DNA of 64,000 nt from Phoronis australis (GCA_002633005.1 NMRA01000196.1:480824-544823); one strand, 5' to 3'. Counted from the first letter of the stretch, positions 38,849-53,800 are shown. Notes: generated from the sequence alone by a model not told the origin. Numbers and translations: made by a program.

Positions 38849-41800
38849 GTACGTTCGCCCATGCTCAGGCTCTTGACTTAGAAACACGGATAACAACGTG
38901 ATTTATACAGAGAATTAATATTTAGGTGTTGACCAAATCTTCGATGTCATAAAGGTAGGCAATCCCATTTTGCAAAGGAAAACTCACGACGACAGCAGGC
39001 CTTTTTCGACGCAGTTTTCTTCAGTATGCCACTTTATGAGCTCGAGGTTGTGACAAAAAGTTTCCTTTGTTTTCACAAATCTACCGAAGACTCTTAAAGG
39101 TTATCCGTGTTTTAAAAAGTTTTGCTGCAAATCAAGCACTCGTTCTTGAAACCTCGATGTCTCTTCTTGTACATGTATTTTCTCGGGCTTAATTAAAAAT
39201 TCAATTAGCTATCTATGACTACTTACGAAAGGGTAGGTTTGGGGAAATACTCCTACAGAAGATGAATTTCTGTTCAAAACCCAGCAAAAGTATTTCTTGG
39301 ATAGTCTTCATAAATTTTTTCCTTTTTGGAGTCCACTCTCTAAATAGGGTATCTTATTTTTTCAACTGTACAGCTGAACATGCACCAAACAATCGTAATA
39401 CGTGTAACTTTAAAGTAGTAGCTATAATATGTTTACCTCACCAGATAAGGTACAAGAGCACAACATAACGTTTATGACTTTCTAAAAATGAGCGCTCCTT
39501 CATTTTTAAGGAGAACATCTTGTGAAAAAAATTCTGCTGAAAGGAAAATTTACAAAATTGGTTGAAAGGACTAAAAAACAATTAGGGTAAAAAAATTATC
39601 ACAAACGGGAGTCCACAACGATAATTTTTGCAACTTTTTCCAAATTCCGAAAATCGTATTGAAAAGAGAATTTTCCTTATTTTTTATTTCTTTGCCCATC
39701 TAAATTGGCTATTAATAGGGCCAACGCCCCTCCCCCCCGACACCAGCATCCCTCCCTCAAGTTTTGCCCCTGTACAGAGCACAGCAGGAAATGCCAGTTC
39801 TTTTCAAAACTGATCGTTTTCTTCAACTCTATCAATATTGGAACAGAATGTTAGAGTGACCGCCGCAGTAATAAAAAAGAACAGAACCAATTGAGATATT
39901 CTTTTACCTTAAATGTTTGTATTTTCTGTTATTTTGTTTCTTCCTTTTTAGAACTACTTAACCATAGTAAAGTCAACGTCAACGCCTCTTATATTTGTGA
40001 GGGGCTTTTTCACCGTGGCAGACACCGGGGTGACGACTGGCTGGCTGACGAATGTCAACTTCATAGATATTCTCGCAGGTGAGAGCTTTGGCCTCCCTAA
40101 AATAGTTTTAAAACCGTAATAGCAACAGCACCATTGTTTCTCAATTCTTACCATACAGTGAATAGACACACTCTGTATACACATCAGCTCAGTAGTGCTA
40201 GTGTGACTCTGTGAGAATCTACATGTAGGCCCAAACGCGATTTCAGGAGCATGCGCGTATATGCAAAACACTAGAGAGAAACCAATGAAAGCTTTTTAAA
40301 TATAGCCCATGGATGAATGTTGAATGGGTCGAGAGACTAGTATGATCTAGTTTAACGCGTATGAATATATCAGAACAACGTGTCTTCCTGACACCATGCG
40401 GATATATACATGTATAGAGGGCAGAGGGCCTGTCTCTTTCCGAGTAAAAACACCTCTCGGCAAGCCGCTTACGTACACTGTAAGTGCTTACGTACATATT
40501 TTCCTTCGGAATTTATAGTTGCACCCCGTACGACACCTTAGACCCGTGTGTGTGTGTGTGTGTGTGTGTACATCATCTTTTGATTGACTATCTTAATAAG
40601 ACTTTGCAATACTAAAGAGACGCGACGCGCCCTAAAGTTTGTGAGACATGTTAAGCAGTTCAGTGAGTTGGATTATCCTGACCGATACGTACATGTGCTG
40701 TACATTGTACACCATGGTTTATGTACCGTCTGTACTCATTAATAATAATCATGGGCTGGGCAGCACTGAAAAAAGTGCGGGTTATAGCCCCCCAGCCAAT
40801 GAGGTATCAACTATGGCGATATATTAAGAGTAGCAGCGGAATTTTGTAGATTTCTGAAGTAATTATTGTTTTTGATAAACAAGAGAGTAATCACATATGC
40901 ATATCCTAAGACTGGTAGCTGCGTGCTCTAATTTTTTCTTCAAACCACGGATGCTGGTCTGAACAGTAGTAAGAAATGCTTTCATTCAGATGAGAAACGT
41001 ACTCGGGCCATGGGAGTACCGGGTTATTTGTCATTAGGGTTAGCTTCTAGTCTGTCGATAGAGAGTAATATTATAGATAGTGATTTAACAAGGTCTTTTT
41101 TGGATTTCAGTTGATGATTGGATCATCATCAAAACCTGAAGTTTGTGAGAGCTTTCAAATTTAGATATATATGTCTGGAAAGATTGAAGGAACTAATCTA
41201 ATAATATGTCTAAGAAAATTTCATATTTATCGGCAGCGTCTTAAAAACACGACTCCAATTTGACATACTTTAAAAGGGACAGTCTTTGAGTATTTCAAAA
41301 TTGAAAAATATTTATTTTATAATAATCTAAAATTCGAAGATTTCAATAACAGGTGGGCCCTACATGTATGGTACTTTTATTTTGGGGCAGCTTGTTTTTT
41401 GAGTTGGAAATGACCCCCACCACAGGTGTGGATGTGTGGATGTATGCGGGTATGAATGTTTTCTCTTCATTATCACATCTTTGTAAAAAGTATTATATTT
41501 AATGGAAAAAAGAAAAAAAGATTATCCATAGAGTCTACTGATAAAGATACTAAATTTACCGATGAAGTTACTATCTCTATTGATAGAGTTAATAGGCTAC
41601 CGATAGACTTGGTATCTACATGTATATCGATAGAGAAAGTAAGGTAGATAAAGACAGCAAATCTATCGAACGATGTATTATTCTATCGATAGCGGTAGGA
41701 CTGGGGAAAACATTCGCGCTTACCTCTTACAACCAAACCTTATTTATTACTCCTGGATATACGGTGTATGCATACATGTATTTGAGAAAGAGTCGAAGCA

Positions 41801-44800
41801 CACCAGAAGAGTGACCTCACCTTTGGGAAAGAAATTCATCACCGTGCTGCAGCACAACATAAGATGAAAGAGCCTGCTCGACCTATGAATGTCTTACTAG
41901 ACAGCTGGTTGGCTTAGCATTCATCTCTCGTCTTCCCCGCAAAACATAGTTCGACTTTTATGTTTACTTTGATTGTTGTTAATCTCAGGCCTACATTTTT
42001 TATTTATTGACAGTTGTCTTCCTCCATTCCATAAGTTCAGAAAAAAAACTTACCTGCAGAAAATAACCAAATGCGTTTTGAAAACCCGATAACCTGATGA
42101 TTATACCTGCTAGCCTACATTTTTTGTTACCTGTTTTGGGTAGCCTTCACGGTAGCATTCAGTTGTGCCAAGAAAAAAGAAATTGCGAGTAAGGCATTAC
42201 TTATCCAACTCTGGCGGTGACGCTAAGTATGGTGCTCCTGTGTTTGAGTATATTTAAACGGTGTTTTTCCTTGTGTTGTTTTAAAAGCATTCCTAGGACT
42301 GCCGGGATAGTCCAATGCATTAAGAATAACAAAAATTGTTTAGCGTGCAATCGCAAGGCGCCCAGTAGTTATCCATAAGCACAGCTTTAGATATAGTTAT
42401 GTGCATGGTACCAAACACGTGCATGTATGATAAGTCGTACATGTAAGCCCACATAACTCATCCAAAACATAGTAGGGCCTACAGAGTAATTGTCGTTTTG
42501 CAGGAGCTTGACAACATGCATGGAAAGGAAAGGCAAAGTTAATGGACGTACGCATATCGCATTTGTCGGCGACTCGCGAATTCGTGGGATATTCTACAGA
42601 TTTGCCAATTTTTTCGACCACACTATAATCCCAGAGAAAAGACACATGGACCGTACATACTTATTTCAAAATAACGTAACCGTGGTAAGTCCTTCTCGTT
42701 CATGGGGTAGCACACATACGCTCTTTAGAGAACACTCCGTGCGTGATACACTTTGGATTAGGTAGTGCATGGGTCTTCCGGATAAAAAACACGTTGTTTC
42801 CTGTGACAAAAAAATGCACAATGTTTTTTAGAAAAAATGCAATGCTTAGCTGACGTCAACAGGGTAATCCTGTAAAGGCATATTTTCTGATTAAAAGTGG
42901 GGGTATTTTCACAAACCGTAGGTTTACGCTTTGTTTTAAGCTCCGAAAGTGATATACAGTCACCTTCATGTAAAAACTAAAAATTTCAGGTGACGCCGAC
43001 AACGATGCGTGGACAAGAGAATAAAGTCATGCAACTTAATTCACGCATTAAAATGTCCCTTTCGTTTTTAAAACTGAACGTGCAAAGTTCCACGTGTTCA
43101 CACAATGGACAAACCAGTTTCATACAGCCAGCTTATTGGTGAGCAGTGCCAGAGCAACCAGGCTCAATTACTCTCTCACGAACTGCGCTGACATTGTCAC
43201 TAACAGCATTCCATTCCACTTGAAGACATTTCCTATTGTTGCCCAATAAATTTTTCCTCACAAACACGTTTTTCGTATGTGCAACCCTTGAATTCTCGTG
43301 CACAGATGCCGGTGAAAATGCACTAGTGGTTCGTCGTAACAGATCTAAGCATGATCGAAATTCAAAGTTTCCTTTGACAATACGAATACTACATGTACAA
43401 ACATTACGACTACTTTTTCGACACGCGCAGATACACTGCACATCTCTATTTTTATCCCTTTAAGGAATTGAAGTGGAGTCCGTTTCTGAACGAATCTCAC
43501 GCATCGGTCTACAGAGCGTGGCTGAAAAGTGATATCAAGCAAAGACCTGAGCTGGTGATTGATGGTGTAGCGGCGGTAATTATTTTGCTTTTCTTGTTCG
43601 GCTCAGGCTGTCCTCTTCGACAGCTTCAATTCGTAACACAAAGGGTTTGTTAGACATACATGTACGAAATCTCGTCTTCCACGCAAAACCTTTTCTACGA
43701 ACTACGATTTAATAAACCTTATTTCATTGATGGCATTCCGTGTTCCGATTAAAGGAATGCAAGTTTTGACCAATTGACCCAATTTTATTCGGCCGCATAC
43801 ATGTATATACATGTACATGTCAGTTAGAAACCATTGTTAGCCAAAAAAACTAAATTTGCTCGGCGTTTCGTAGTCGAGCAACGGTTTTCAAAGTTTTATC
43901 TAATGTTTTATCGGTACATTTGTTACGAAGTATACCTTGATTGTAGAATAATCATTATAAGTGTTCTGTTCAAGCGTTCTTCTCAGGAATTCGCAATCCC
44001 AGTTCCAAAAAACGATCCCGTTGTCTCTTTCCGTTTCCACTGAAACTATCGACGGATACCCTCATTTCCAAATGGCTCATTCAGGTTTGGTGAACAAAGC
44101 AAATGTTATGAATGTTTAATGAAATGACATGAAGTTACGGTTTAACGACCACTCGACGGATCCACAGGTGTCTGGTTAGTTGCTGGCGGTAGAATTTGCT
44201 GACTGTTTATCTTGACTCCAGTCTCAGCGTCTGACCCATTGCAATCCGAGGCTGATGAAGAAGAGCCACTCACGGCCAGCTCCCGGTTGCACGCCGTATG
44301 GACAATGTGCTTGGCGATTTAGGGCGCTCACCTCGCCTGCTGGACTCAGGTGGGCCGAAAATCCCCACTTACATGTAGTCACAGATTCAGGTTTTAGATC
44401 GAGATTCAGATCAGTGGAAGTCCACGAACCTCGTCCAGGCAAGCGTCTGTCACTAAACCTTCATAGCTCCGTTCCTCACGCATCCTGTTTTCTTCGGATT
44501 CGGCTTCAATCCCGAGACTTGTAGAGTTGATCAATTACATTAAGGGTACTTTTCAGGGATTCACTAGAATCATCGAGTTTTATAACGGTATCACCGGCAT
44601 ATTGCATAATTCTGTGAGATGTAGTACCTACATTTATTCCCAAATTCCATGGTTTTGTCTAAATAAGACACGCGTCACCTCCTCACATTGTAAACAAATA
44701 TGGCGAAATTGGATCCGCCTCCTCGGGTTGTGGTTGTATGGCGTAGAGGCACGTCCACTGGGTGGTGCATGGGGGAAGCCCTTCTAGATAGGGGTTGCAT

Positions 44801-47800
44801 CGAATAATACGGAATACGTTGCCGTGACCCAACTCAATCTAGGAGAATGGAAAACTCTGATCCAAACCGGGTAGATGGAGCTCGTTAGCCTTGGAAGGCA
44901 GTTTTTCTAGGAGAAAGAAGCCTCTGATTCCAAGCACGGGTAGACAGAACTTGTTAGCCTTGACAGGCAGTTTGTCTAGGAGAAGGAAAACTATGATTTA
45001 AAACCAGGGGCAGAGGATGCTCCTAAGCAACAGACAGCAGATTCTTTACTAGAGGTAACCTCGGATAAACAACCAAAGCCGAAATCGGATACAATGGGAC
45101 TTCGTGGCGCGTGACGGCAGTGCATCGCACATACGTCATCATGACCATTTGACAAACGAGAAGAAGAAGAAGAAAGGATCCGCCTGTCGGCACCCACCAC
45201 CAAGTTCAAAGTAACCGGAAGTAAAATTGTGCTGGATCACGGAAAGCCGAGATGCCGTATTCAGGGGACAAATCTACCTTATCAAACCATTTCCAAAATT
45301 GCAAAAATAAGCACGTTATTAATAAATTTCCAGGACACAAAGTCAAGCTGCCTTCTTAAAATTTACCATTAGTAATAGTCCACAAACAGTCGTGTCTGCA
45401 CTAATTTGCACTAGATAACGAATGTTATACCACAATATTAGCCTCAAATGGCAGATACATGTACAACCGTGTAATAACCCATAAAGTTATCTCACTAGTG
45501 AGATAACATTTTGGCGGGAAACTGAGGCCGGATTCGAACCCGGGCCTCAAGAGTTTCCAGACTTTACCACTATACCACTCAGCGACTGACGTCATCGAAC
45601 GCGAAAATAGAATACTTAAATGAGCACGCGCAACAATCGCATGTTCAGCAAAGGGCATTGCACCGACATTTATACGCTATGAAAAATAAGACGCATAATT
45701 TCCATAAAAACGATATTTTAATTCTGTGAAATTTTTCTCTCGTGTTCTCTCACTTGTAAATCACCGATCTCCAATTTGAATGCGGGTATCGTGTTGTTGG
45801 GAGCCTTTGACTTAAGCATTATACTCAGTTACTAGTGGTAACCTACTTTAGCAGACGATATTTTCCCGGTCAAAGCTTAGCGTGATAAAATGTGTAGTAA
45901 GCTATAATAGTTGCTAAACCTTAATTTATAGACTCACTATATTTATATTTTGTTTTTTTAATTCGTTTTGAGTAAAGGCGTTATTTGACAAAAACAGCTT
46001 GGCTTTTCTTAAAAGGTCACGACCTCCGACCCCGGGCCTCTGACATAGAAAGTAGTTACAAAGCCGAGGCGATTCGAGAAAGGTAGATCGATTCATTGCA
46101 ATGTTTCTCGTTCAGTATTAACGCCCCTCGGGCGATAATTCTCCAAAATCCACTGGGGCTCTAGATAACCGGGGATAACGACTTCGCTATGTAATAATCT
46201 ATATTTTTTAGTATTGTGCTCAATACTTCTTCCCTTTGGTTTCCCTATACATATAGCTGTACAGTAGTTGTTGAAGAGGCGCCAGTTAACAAAGTTTCTG
46301 TTGAATGGCTAGGATTCAAAAATGAGGAAATATCTTGCCGGAAAAATTCAATTGAAAAGCTGTTGAAAGAGGGTGATTTAACATATTTCGTATTTTTATC
46401 ACATTTAAAACTTCCGTGACAGATATTGGCTCGTCAAGTTTCCAACTATTTAGAGCACTAAGATTGCGTATTACGTTTTCATTAACAACAGTTCCCAAGT
46501 CTACATTCATTCTTTTAAAATGAGATCATTTCTGGAATACAAGTGTTTGTAAAAACTGCCAATAAATGAAAGCAATACCTTCTGATCTGGAAGCTCATTT
46601 TCCTTGTGGATCATTATAGCAAAAAAAATTTCGACGAAGTTTCTTTTTCTAAATTATTGAAATATTTTGTCGGTTATTTCCCTTGATCAATCCGACTAGC
46701 AATGGTTCTGATCATAGCACCTCTCAAACACTCCACACGCAAAATAGTCATTACTGGGACAGCTGTTCCAAAATCTCACCAAAAGCGGAGTATTTCGTAT
46801 TTTCAATTATTTCAAACAAAATATTGATTTCACTTTTAGGCTATAATAATTTGGCAAGTACGTTATTCTTAAAGGAACTAAATCATCTGCCCGGATTTAA
46901 CCTAATGTATGCTGCGCAGCTCCTAATGCTCTTCTTCACTGTTTTTGTGTCTGTTTTTTGTCGTCTGGCGTATCCCTATTCATCAAACTGCTTGAAAATC
47001 ACAATTAAAGGAATATGTGTTCCTGTAGAGGAGAATACGTTAGCTGACGCTAATTTTCGGACAATTAATGTCAGTTTTAGTTACATACGCGTCAGCTTTA
47101 AGAGCTCCCAACCTCATTGAGATATTAACTTTTTCAATGGAGCATTCTCGACGAAGAAATGATGTTTTGTAAGTCAGCAGATGCGGGAAATTGACTCCGC
47201 TAGCGTGGCAGCAGCAGCCAAGGATCCGCCGCTGATCCAAATCCGATGCGTTAAATAGCAAAGTATTATTTTACGCGTATTTAGATGAAAAAGACAACGG
47301 CCTTCGTTACATCGATTGTCTGGCAGACAACGGCGATAATTCACGATTTGTAATGAAATTACAGAAACACGTCATACCTTATCGTTTTATAGTTCTGGTG
47401 CAAGCTACATGTACATGTAGTAATTTCAAAAGTCTATCCTATTCACCAATCATCCCGAATATTTGTTTTTCGACCTTAAAACCAACGCTGTCCCTTTCAC
47501 TGATACAATCTTAATAGAGGGAACACGGTGTGCCGTTGGTCTGTGATCAGGCCAGACTACTATGGCACCCATTTAAACTTTAATTGGCGTCTTGCTCAAT
47601 GTCTATCAAGTTCTCTGACTAATATTTATATGTATTTATTCAATAACTAGGCCTCCGGCCCTTGTTACAATCAAATCATCAAATACAATAAAGGTAAGTG
47701 TCAAACACTAGAAGTAAACCGAATTCTTCTTCGCTTGAATGCAAAATGAACATATTTACATCTTGACCATATCAGATCTTTTTCCTCCAAAGTCATGAGT

Positions 47801-50800
47801 CTGTTGAATTTTGTAACATTGGGATTGTTGTAGCTCCATGCAGGCAAATATCGTTTCCTTAGGTCATCGTAGAATGGGCATTCGATAACAAAATGATATT
47901 CTGACTCGACATATGTCCTAACACAGAGAGGGCATAACCTTTCCGTTCTGCTAAGTTTCAAGTGTCTACCCTTTTCAATCATTAGTGCATGCGCTGAACA
48001 TCTCAATCTTACCATATCAGATCTAACATTTACATTGTCAATTACATCTAAATAGTTTTCAAAACATATATTTAACTTAAAAGTTCTGTAAGTTTCCAGC
48101 TTAATCGAATTGTTCAAAATATCTTGCCATTTTTGCTGATCAATATCTTTGCATCTTTGTTTAAAAAGTGATATGAAGCTTGTCTCGGAACCTACACCCT
48201 GATTATACCATGCTTCTCCAAAACCAAACTGAAATAACAATTTCTTAACATCATTAACCCAGCACGGTTTATTAACATTTTCCGTCATATTGTACTGCCA
48301 TTCATAGCAATGATATGTAATTTTTGACTCATCGGTTTTTAATAGTTTTAACCAATATTTCATAATTCTAGGAAGTCGGTAAGCAATCAAGGAGTAACGA
48401 CCCATCTCACCTCTAGCAGTCGATGAAATTGCCGTGCTAGGCAAATTTAAAATTTCTTTACAAAATTTTGTGTGGACTATTTCAATACATTCGCAATCAT
48501 TAAAACCCCAGATCTCACAGCCATAATGAAGTATCGGCAATATTTTACAATCGAATAATTTTAAACTAACTTTAACAGGGAGTGCATTAAAACCATTGAC
48601 ATTTTTTCTCATCAAATTCACTGCCTTAGTAGCCTGTAATGATAGAGTTTTCTGTGCGCAAGACCACGAACCTTTCGTAGTAAACATTAATCCTAGATAT
48701 TTGTATGCATTTACAATATTAACAGTATTCCCATCATACGTCCATTTTTCATACGATCGTAACATTCCACCTTTTCTGAAAACAATTATCTTAGTCTTCG
48801 ACATGTTAACAATCAATTTCCATTTCTGGCTATACTCATATAAAATGTTCAATTTTTTCTGCAGTCCTTTCACACTATAAGAAAATAAAACCAAATCATC
48901 AGCAAACAGCAGATGCAATAATTCAGCTGATCCCATGGAAATTGTTTCACCTCCCCCGGATTCTAATTCTTGTTCGAGATCGTTTATAAATAAAATAAAC
49001 AAAAACGGTGATAGCTGAGAGCCTTGTTTTAGACCATTATGACAATCAAAGAACTCCGTGTAGCTTCCGTTACTCATTTTCACGCACGCTTTTACTTCAG
49101 CGTACATTGCTTTTATTATCTTATACATCTTACCTTCTATGCGATTGTTTCTTAATTTAAAATACAATGCGCTTCTATATATACTGTCATAAGCTGCCTT
49201 AAAATCCACGAAAGCACAATAGAATCTACCTTTATCTCGTGTCAAATATTTAATTATTAACGTATATAAAGCAAACATGTGATCCACCGTACTGTGTCCT
49301 TTCCTAAACGCAGCTTGAGACATACTAATTACGTTTTCTCTTTCCGACCATTTTTGAAGTCGCTGGCACAATATTTTTTCGAATATTTTGGCCGTGACTT
49401 GCATGAGGGATATTCCTCTGAAATTTTCAGGAATTTTGGTACCGCCCTTAAATATCGGTACTATAATGGATTTTGTCCATTCTTTTGGAAACACACCATT
49501 TTTAAAAAAGTAGTTGTAAAGCTGGAACAGCGAATCTACCAACTTTTTATCAGCATACTTGTAGAACTCAATGCTAATTTTATCACATCCTGGCGAAGTT
49601 CCATCTTTCATACTACCGATGGTTTGTATAATTTCGTCTTTTGTGATTTCAGCGTCCAACTCCATATCAACAACTGCATTACTTGAATTGATGTCATTTT
49701 TTACTGAGTTCTCAATAAAAGCATGAAACTCAGCGAACTCCGGATTAGTAACAAAATATTGGCCTTCGAACAGAGAGCTGAAATAATTTATCCATTCCTC
49801 CGGTTTAATATTCGTTGATACACCTTTCTTCTTAATATTAAATGCGCGCCAGAATTTTTTACTGTCTTTACTCTCCACAGCTGATTTCAAAGTTTTGTAA
49901 TGTTTTCTTTTACACTCTATCTGTTTCACTTTTTTTAAGTTTCCATAATCCCTTCTAGCTTGTACATATAGAGTTCGGCAAATGTTTTCTCTCAGTGTTC
50001 CAATACTGAATCTAAAATTACATAATTTTTGCCTAACGACAGCTCTCATCTCCCTACAATCAGCGTCAAACCATTTGGGAAAACTAACTGGGTTATAAGA
50101 TATGTTCACTTTTGGTTTTAACATGTCTGCAGCACATAATTTAATGGCTTCCATTAAACTTTCTACACTTGAATCTATGGTCGAGGGTAAATGACTCTGC
50201 ACGTCAGCGAGCAACTGATCCACCTCCGGGCTCGACCAGTTTTCTGCATATCTTAGGCTCAACCCCTCGTTCCATTTATAAACATTTTCATTCTGTTCAC
50301 CTCGAGCCCAGTTGTTTTGCTGCGTCTTACACATACTAAAAATCAATGGAAAGTGCGCAGTCGATTCACATATTTCACCGATTTCAAAACCGTCCACACA
50401 GTACAATAAATCCTTGCTCATCATGACATAATCAACAACACTACATCCATTATAAGTTACACATGTTACACTACCAATGTCTGCATCTTTCCCTACTCTT
50501 CCATTCAGAATTCTTATCTCATTTCTTTGACAAAAATCTAATAATTCTGTACCAAACTCATTTACCTCACCATTATCTTGTGAGGTCCTACAACACAGGC
50601 GATCTTCTACATAACCAACACAATCAAAAATAGCACTGGATTCATCCATATACTTAATACTGTCATCTGCAATAAAGTCTGGCCTGTTACGCGTACGAGC
50701 ATTAAAATCGCCCATAATTAAAAGGTGACAATCCCCTCTCATTTCAGCAGTATAACCTTGCACCTCCCGCTCAAGTATTTTCATTATTTCCAAATTTTTA

Positions 50801-53800
50801 CTTGAACTTTTTGGAGACTGATACACAACTGCAACTAAAACAGGATACAGATAATCGGGTAGGTCAATTTTTACCCATAAAACGTCACACGAATTTGAAG
50901 GAAGCCTAATAGCCCCCAATACATCCTTACAAAATAATACTACACCGCCAGAATTCCGAAATGCTTGAGGGTGTTTACTTCTCACCGACCCAAAACACTG
51001 GTACCCTTCCAGTGTAAACTCATCTTCATTCATTCCCCATGTTTCAACAAAAGCGATGATATCATATGTATATATCATATTTACAAAATCAGATCTCTGT
51101 ATTTTATGCTTTAGACCTTCGATATTCCAACAAATGAACTTCCATGACGACTTGTCTTGCGGACCTTGGCCTAACCTCTATTGCTGGTCCAACTGAGCTT
51201 GAGACGAGCTGGCCATGTGGAAAACCTGATCATCATGTTGAACAGCGGCTTCCGTTCGGGTTGATGGGTGGCGTGGGTCAGCATTAGTCGTGCGGGGTTT
51301 GATTTTTACCATATCGTTTTCTTCATCGTAAACATATACTCTGCCATTACAGATTAGCTTGTTAAAGCTGATTTTAGCGTTTTCCATGCTGTTTGATTGT
51401 GAGAATTCGTACAGCTTTCTCCTTGCCTTCTTAACCCGGATTGAGAAGTCTTCTGTTATGAATATGTTGGGGTCCATCACTTCTCTTCGTTTCTTCATTA
51501 TTTTTTGCTTATCTTTCGAATTCAGTTTTGCTATTATGGGCCGCACTTTCCCCTGGGTTTTACGGCCCAGTCTGTGAGCTCTCTCGATGTTTGTATCTAC
51601 AATGTTCAGCTGCTCCTTGAGAAACTCTTCAAGTTGCTTTTCCGATTCTTCCCAGGTTTCATTACCATTTTCAACCATGCCATGGAATATAAGGTTGTCT
51701 CGCCTGGATCGATTTTCTAAATCATCTAACTTTTCTTCCAGTGATTTGACCTGATCACGTAACGTAGAGTTCTCTTCCCTTGACGTGGCATACTCGCGTC
51801 TGAGAGACTCAAAGTCGTTGGACAGTTTTTCGAACTTGTCGTTTATTATCTCTAATAGTTGACGGTTGGATATATCTGTAGTCTTCGGGCTCGTCTCACT
51901 TCTAGGCATATAGGACGAAATACTTCGAGTCACTGACCTGTCACTGGCTGAAGGTGTTGTTGTCTTCCTAGTCCCAGGCATTATCGCTAATATTACATAT
52001 ATATATTAAATTTGTATTTCGCCTTGTTCAGCTGCCTAAGAATAGAATTAGGCATCCTACTCTTATAACTTACTGTTCTGGAATTCTATTTCCGTTGCCA
52101 ACAAGAGAACATCGAAACAATCGACGAATCAAGAAAACGTTTCAGGTTCTAGCCTGACCCTAAAATTAAAAAGTAATCCTTCAAATAGACTAGGCCAACC
52201 CCCCTATTACGGAATGTAGACGCATCTTCGAATGTAGGCGGATGGGCCTAAACACGCGCATATACATGTACCATGAAATAAAGTTTTCGACTGATCAGTG
52301 ACGGAATTTTAAAATTCTTAGAAGACTTTCTTTCGCAGAAACCGTCATTCCGAAGTTAGCGCCTTTTATTTTGGTAGGCTACTTCAGTGACTCCGGCTTT
52401 CGGCACGACTAAATTAAATATTTTCCAAGTTAGCAATTCCCGAAAAGTCATTAATATGTAAGTACAAGTGTCGTCACTTTTCGGAATATCGGCCGGCTTC
52501 GGACTCTTGCCCGCTGTCGGGGGAATTTCATTTGGAACTCTCGGCCCTTCAGACTATCGAACCAGCCTTCAACTAATTTTTGATTTTTCGGCGAACCCGT
52601 TGATTTTGAAATAATTTTATGCCTGAGAGCATTTCTTAAATTTAGCTTATTCAATTCCTCGTCGTCTACCATACTTATACGCTATTCTCACTGTGAACGT
52701 CAAAATATTTCCTATACTGCTTTGCGTGACTGGTGATTTAGGTACAAACTGCTGTCAACATTGTGTGGAGAATAAGCACGACTGAACCAGGCTTCGCTGG
52801 TCAACGTAACCTTTCAGTTACGAACACAACATCATACGTACGAAAACAAATCACACACACGAACTGCGAAATTCAATTACCGTTCGAAAATGCAAAGAAC
52901 CATATGATTTTTCGTCGAATGATTTTGCTGTTCGTGTGGTACATGAGTCTTGTTCGAAAGTGCGTTGTTTGGTACCTATGATTCAGTGGCTCTAACAGAA
53001 GTTTCATTTTTCTGGTGTATAGTTCGAATTTAAAAGTCACTGCATGAGAAAGACAAGCAAAATAAAATACCGCATGAACTTTGGTCACGAAAATCTCATT
53101 TTCTAGTATGTGTTGAACTAATGAATCTTCGAAAGCAACACTATTTGTCAGATTACTCGTTGTATAACAATGCGTAGAACGTGAAAAACATACTAAATTT
53201 CGGGAAGGTTCTGTGCCACTGAAGCATAAATAGAACTGTGTACCTGGAAATTTTACAGATTGTTCGTCTACGCATTTCTCCATCAGTTTCAAATATCAAA
53301 ACAAACGATTTGTCTACTGCTCGTCACGTCGATTTTTCACCCCCTGGACAAGGCCCATCTCCGTATTTGGTATGGAAAGACATAGCCGTAGCGCCTTTCC
53401 CGTATAGACCGGCAGCCCAGAGCACTTAGCATAGATAAACGAGGTACCAAAATCTGACCAGGGGAGCATTTAGAGTACATAAATGGACGTCTGCCGTTGT
53501 CTGCACTCTGGGTGTGACCCCTGGGGGCTTTACAAAGGACCCAAAAATGAGCTAGACTAGATATTTGAGGTACCAGCCAAAACTGATTTAAAACGAACAA
53601 TAGTACCACACTGAGCACCGAATGACCCATGAAAGACAAATTGAACTCTGGAATGAGTCCGGCAGAAACCAAAAAGGACCCCCCAAAAATGAGCTAGCTT
53701 GCACATACATTCGAGGTACCACAAAAAAACTCCATGTGATTCAATGCATGTCACAGATCACTAAAACCCCAATGGCAGACAAAATGCACTCTGGGTTGTG

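Larger units (their letters stand above)
47627..51986 (-). mobile_element. Near-full-length young LINE (APE-RT; tentatively RTEX-like) in intron 4 of copy 2
   Basis: Two intact ORFs; short 3' UTR with GGCC..GGCC hairpin and AATAAA; candidate TSD CTAATATT (47619-47626, 51987-51994); empty site in copy 1 (~20730). Confidence 0.92.

Noticed and set aside
45510-45590. Possible tRNA gene
   Set aside because: A and B boxes are present, but there is no acceptor or anticodon stem; treated as a SINE head.
48596-51720. Plus-strand ORFs antisense to the LINE, and most other short ORFs in the track
   Set aside because: Shadow or random ORFs without motifs; ORFs at 61145-61483 merely span the N gap.
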